Shown here: piece after piece, positions 59,721-64,000 of the stretch | How the letters are laid out: each line of letters begins with the position of its first letter | Position numbering within the stretch: the stretch's first letter is position 1 | Program-made: the position numbers and the translations under genes | NCBI GenBank assembly: GCA_030770535.1 | Contig: JASVEC010000029.1 | Coordinates: 248,001 to 312,000, forward strand | Reading direction: 5' to 3' | DNA from: Batkoa obscura | Lineage: Eukaryota | Length of the DNA stretch: 64,000 nucleotides | Notes under the pieces: model-generated | The model's input: only the letters and a program-made list of their open reading frames with translations | Told to the model about the DNA's origin: nothing | Database searches by the model: none

Positions 59721-61654
59721 TTATTCCAACAATCTGACATCAATTAAACTCGAAAAGGGCACTGTAGTTACCGTATCTTTCTCTGATTCTGTAATATATT
59801 CTACTGTAGCTCCATTTTCGTTTTGAATCATTGGATTTTCTTTTAATTCAAACTTACCCAAAATTGGATTTCCTTCTTCATCTACTTCATTAATTTCTTC
59901 TTGTTGATTAATTAATTTATAACTTATTTCTTCAGTATTTGAATTGTAGTTGGTAATAATGGCTTCCTAAAATAATATAAATACATAAACTTAACAGATA
60001 ATTTCACAATTTCTTAATTTACTTTAAAATCCGATATACCAATTCCATAATCTTTAGTTAATTCATAAATCTAAAAATAAAATACAGATTATTAGTCTAT
60101 TTATAAATACAAATTATAAAATTCTTTACTTTAAAAGCCATCTTTTGATTACTGTCTGGTAAAATAAAATTTACATCGAGCATTTGCATTTTTTGATAAT
60201 ACTCTTCAGTTCTAATAGGCTTCTTTTGGTTCTTTGTTTTGATTACTTTCTTTGATTGGTTTTCTTCATGTTTTTGATAATTTTCACTAATAAAACTTTG
60301 ATCTAATATACTTTCATTATGGTCTTTATTACCCCCTTTCTTTTTTAGAGTATGAAAAAAAGCTTCGGAGTTGATACTGGTATCATTTAAATTATCATTA
60401 TTTGATTCTATACCTAACAAACTTAATAAACAAATAATAAATTTCAAAACAATTCCTTACCACCTTCATTAGCCTCGACATCTTTTCTTGTTACTTTATA
60501 ATTACTTGTCTTCTTAACATTATCATTCTCCTTATTTTTATTATCTCCTTTATTTTTTAAAGTATGAAAAAAAGCTTCTGAATTGATACTGGTGTCATTT
60601 AAATTATCGCTATTTATTTCAGTACCTAATGCTATTAAGAGAAGGATTTTAGACTTATAATATTATATTTACCAATTTCATTAGCCTCGAAATCTTTTTT
60701 ACTTGTAATAGAATCAGTTTTGTTCTCTCTATCCCCATTTTGTTTCAATTTTTCTTGTTTGTGATGGCTATTATTTAAGTTCAAAATCTCATCTATGACC
60801 TGAATTGAATTATTGTCTTTATTTTCTTCCATCAATTCATTTTTAACTGCATACAGTAATTGTTTTTTTCTTCTTAAATTTCTTTTTTGGGTAGCTGTTA
60901 ACTTTTTGGTGTCATTTTCGGTAGTTGTTGGAGTATCTTTAATGATGGTTTCTTGACTTTTTTTGTTAACCTCTTCAATATTTTTGATATTCTCTTTTTT
61001 ATTTACTACTATTTGAAACTATGTAAATTTAAATTTTCTTTTATATAATTAAATCTTTACCTTTTTTCTTCTTATCAATTTGCTTCTCCTCTTCATTATT
61101 TACTAAATTTCAAAACTATATAAATTCAAATGCCAAAAATTTAATAATTTAAACCTTTACTTTTTTTCTTTTTATCAGTTTGCTTCTCTTCTTCAGTTAA
61201 CCCTCTTTTACTTATATTTCTAAAATTTATATATATTAATTAAATAATCAATTATCATCCCCTTCTATCACTTACTTGGTTTTAACAATCCCTTCTTTTT
61301 CTTCTTCTTTAACATTATTTTCGTTACTAACTTTACAATATTTTAATCTAACAAAAAAATAATCACTCTATTAAAACCCAAACTCCTTGAAAATTAAATA
61401 AAAAAAACTTACGTTATCACATCCAAATCATTACAACATTGATTTACAAGAAACTCGTTATCTAACTCATAATCTTGAAATAATACTTTCCATTTGGGTA
61501 ATTTTTTCGATAAGTTATATTTCTTCACTACCTGTTGTATTAAATCCTTTATCTTATGTTCAGATTGATCTTTAGGTACTACATATAATATTTTTTTATA
61601 ATTAGTTGGTTCTTGTTCTTTACTTTTGTTGATAATATTGAGTTTAAGTCTCAT
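59721..61654 (-). CDS. COIL: Coilin orthologue (Cajal-body scaffold), multi-exon
   Basis: N-terminal ubiquitin-like domain (MRLKL...KIKDLIQQVVKKY...FQDYELDNEFLVNQCCNDLDVIT), Lys/Glu/Asn-rich middle, and C-terminal Tudor-like domain QKMAFK|IYELTKDYGIGISDFK|EAIITNYNSNT...GKFEL...NENGATVEY...TVPFSSLIDVRLLE*, matching the coilin C-terminal pattern as I recall it. Confidence 0.8.
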
Positions 61655-61976
61655 TTTTATTTTGTTAGAAATAAATTTGGATAAAATTAAAAACGATCAA
61701 AACTCAAATAAATTTTGAGCTTGATTTAAGTTGAAATTAGCAAAACCATATAAAAAATGGTATTTTGTTAACTATTTTGTCCATTTTTCAAGCCACTTAA
61801 AATTTAAAATCAATAATTAAACGTTGAAGTAAAAATATAATAATATATGTATGTTTAAAGTTGAATTAATAGTAACTCTTTTCATAGCGTTTCTAATTTC
61901 TATAAATATATTCAAGTAATCAAAACTAGCAAACTATTGAAACTTATATTACAATAATTCATACAAAATAAAAGTT

Positions 61977-62480
61977 TTAAAAACTATAAAATAACAAAAA
62001 ATAAAAAATAAAAAATAGAATTAATTTGCATCCTTTGTTTATTATGAAAGTAACAATAAAACTATCATGAACTAAGCTAAACAAGGGCACAGTTAATAGT
62101 TCTTTAACTAAGATGACTGTAGAATCATTATCAAATATTGAAACTGATTTATAAACAAAAGAGGTAGAGCATTGATCAAGTTTTGTTATTCCTTTATTAC
62201 ATTCACTCGCTTTTGATTTATTGAATGCATTCCAAACCATTTTTTGACATGATTACATATCACATTCAACAGAACATGCAGTATCAAAAGTATATTTTAC
62301 ACCTTTGACCCCAATATTGTAAGCAAATATTTCATTGGGATTGATTTCACCACTCCTTGTATTACGTAATGCATTTGCAAATTCATCATGTTCTCATGAT
62401 TTAAATTGACCAATACATTCTTCAGTCCCAAATAAATACGTCTTTGGCTTATTATTCTATTATATTGTATCCTTATTACT
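61977..62480 (-). pseudogene. Disrupted coding remnant of unknown family
   Basis: Protein-like Cys-containing frame (EFANALRNTRSGEINPNEIFAYNIGVKGVKYTFDTACSVECDVIM; VWNAFNKSKASECNKGITKLDQC) with a stop and a frameshift; no family recognised. Confidence 0.35.
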
Positions 62481-63313
62481 GGCTCTTTTAGTAAGATACA
62501 TGTCAGATGTAAAGCTTAATAAAGTTAAAGAGTAAGGTATAGCTTGTTTTAAGACATTGCTATTAAAGATTAAATTGATATAATATAATGTGTACACCAG
62601 GTAAGTTTACAACTTTAGGTTTTTTTAAAATAGCTATGGGTTTAGAGGGGGTTTTTATAATGGTTGAGTATTGTTGGCCAAGAAGTCAAATGACAACATC
62701 TACTTTCATTTAGAATATGGAACACGGTGATAACAAATTAGTTTAAAGTCTAATGTTTTTAAGGCCAAATTTAATAGATTTTTATTCAATTAGACTACTA
62801 AATAATATTTAAAAGGTAAATGTAAATTGTCACAGTGTTCAAGATAATAAACACCTTCTTTAAACCAAAAATAAAATGTTACTTTTTTTATTTTTTTTAT
62901 TTTTAGTATGCAACACAATAGCAATAAGTTGATTTAAATTCTACTGTTTTTAAGGACAAGTTTGACTAATTTTTATTCAATTAAATCATTGAATCATTTC
63001 TAAACGTAAACATAAATAAAACATTGTTCGACATAATAGATATCTTCCTTAACTGAAGAGTCAGGGCTCTATTCCTTAGGTAGGTATATGAAGTACGTTC
63101 AATATCCTGTAGTCTCATTTAATAACCTGTAGAATTATTCGTTTGTTATTCATAAGTTTGTTATGGTTGTTAGTTGTCCTCCTGTACTTTGATTATGATG
63201 TTCGTTGTACGTTACTAATTAGAAGTCTCTTTCTGATTCCGAATAAGTCATTAAATTGATTATAAATAAACACTGCTATAAGCAAGTATTTCTAAAAAAA
63301 AGGTAATAAATAT

Positions 63314-63374
63314 GGGGGTACCTTCTTTTGATTTCATCACTTTTTCGATTTTTCAAGTGCTATTTGAGTAGAAA
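63314..63374 (+). mobile_element. Truncated MITE family A copy
   Basis: ATAT|GGGGGTACCTTCTTTTGATTTCATCACTTTTTCGATTTTTCAAGTGCTATTTGAGTAGAAA; right third missing. Confidence 0.75.
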
Positions 63375-64000
63375 TGAACTTTGATTATTATTTTCTTTTA
63401 CTTTTTATTAAAAAGCACTAATTTTGAATGTTCTATTGACAACAATAATAAATAGCTATTTTGAATAATAAATTTAAAGAATTCGGCTATTAATGAAGAG
63501 CTTTGGAAGGAAAAGAACTGAGTTTGATAATTTTTTTGTTTCAAAATAGTGATTAAATTTTTTTTAATAATGTTTGAGATATTAAATTTCAGAAATTAAT
63601 ATAATAAAATTTAATATTCAAAAAAGGATTTTAATAACAGTAGAATTACCAGTAACTAATGAATTGGAGATTTGAATTATTTAATTAGAACTTGAATTAA
63701 AATAAAATAGGATTCAAAGATGAAAAAAAAAGTTGACAAAAAGAAAGTATATTAAGAAAGATACTTAGTGAAATGAATAGGGCTACCAATTGTTATAAAT
63801 GTTTCTGGGGTCTTAAAAGTTTTGAATGTGGTTTTTTAATAGCATATTATATACACTCTATGAAATAAATTTATCTTATTTCTAGACATCTTTCGAATTA
63901 CAAAAAGATACGTCTTATAAATGATAATAAAAATAGCTATTGAATTTGAAAAAATTTTAAATTTTGAATAAAACAAAATAAATTGAACTTTTCAAAATTT

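Overview
AT-rich eukaryotic DNA with short GT-AG introns, almost certainly fungal; gene content suggests an early-diverging lineage (inference only). Three zones. (1) 1-27 kb is gene-sparse and holds a tandem array of six co-oriented, intronless, single-finger C2H2 transcription-factor genes of the Con7 type, with a solo LTR and many ~100-bp MITEs between them. (2) 33-44 kb is very AT-rich and holds an intact, very young Ty3/Gypsy LTR retrotransposon (34950-42502, minus strand): apparently identical 400-bp LTRs, CTGG TSD, PBS, PPT, a -1 frameshift signal and a degenerate dUTPase-like domain between protease and RT. It sits tail-to-tail 5 bp from an older related LTR. (3) 28-32 kb and 44-62 kb are compact, intron-rich genes: carnitine/acylcarnitine carrier, TBC-domain protein, NhaC-family antiporter with signal peptide, EFM3/EEF2KMT-like methyltransferase with a 9-nt micro-exon, SAM carrier, BRF2-like TFIIB-family factor, NOP6, kinesin-5, an F-box pseudogene and an animal-like coilin. 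At least 15 copies of one MITE family (GGGG..CCCC ends, 4-bp ATAT/ATTT TSD) are present. No tRNA, rRNA or CRISPR array was recognised. Family assignments come from motif recognition by eye; no searches were run.
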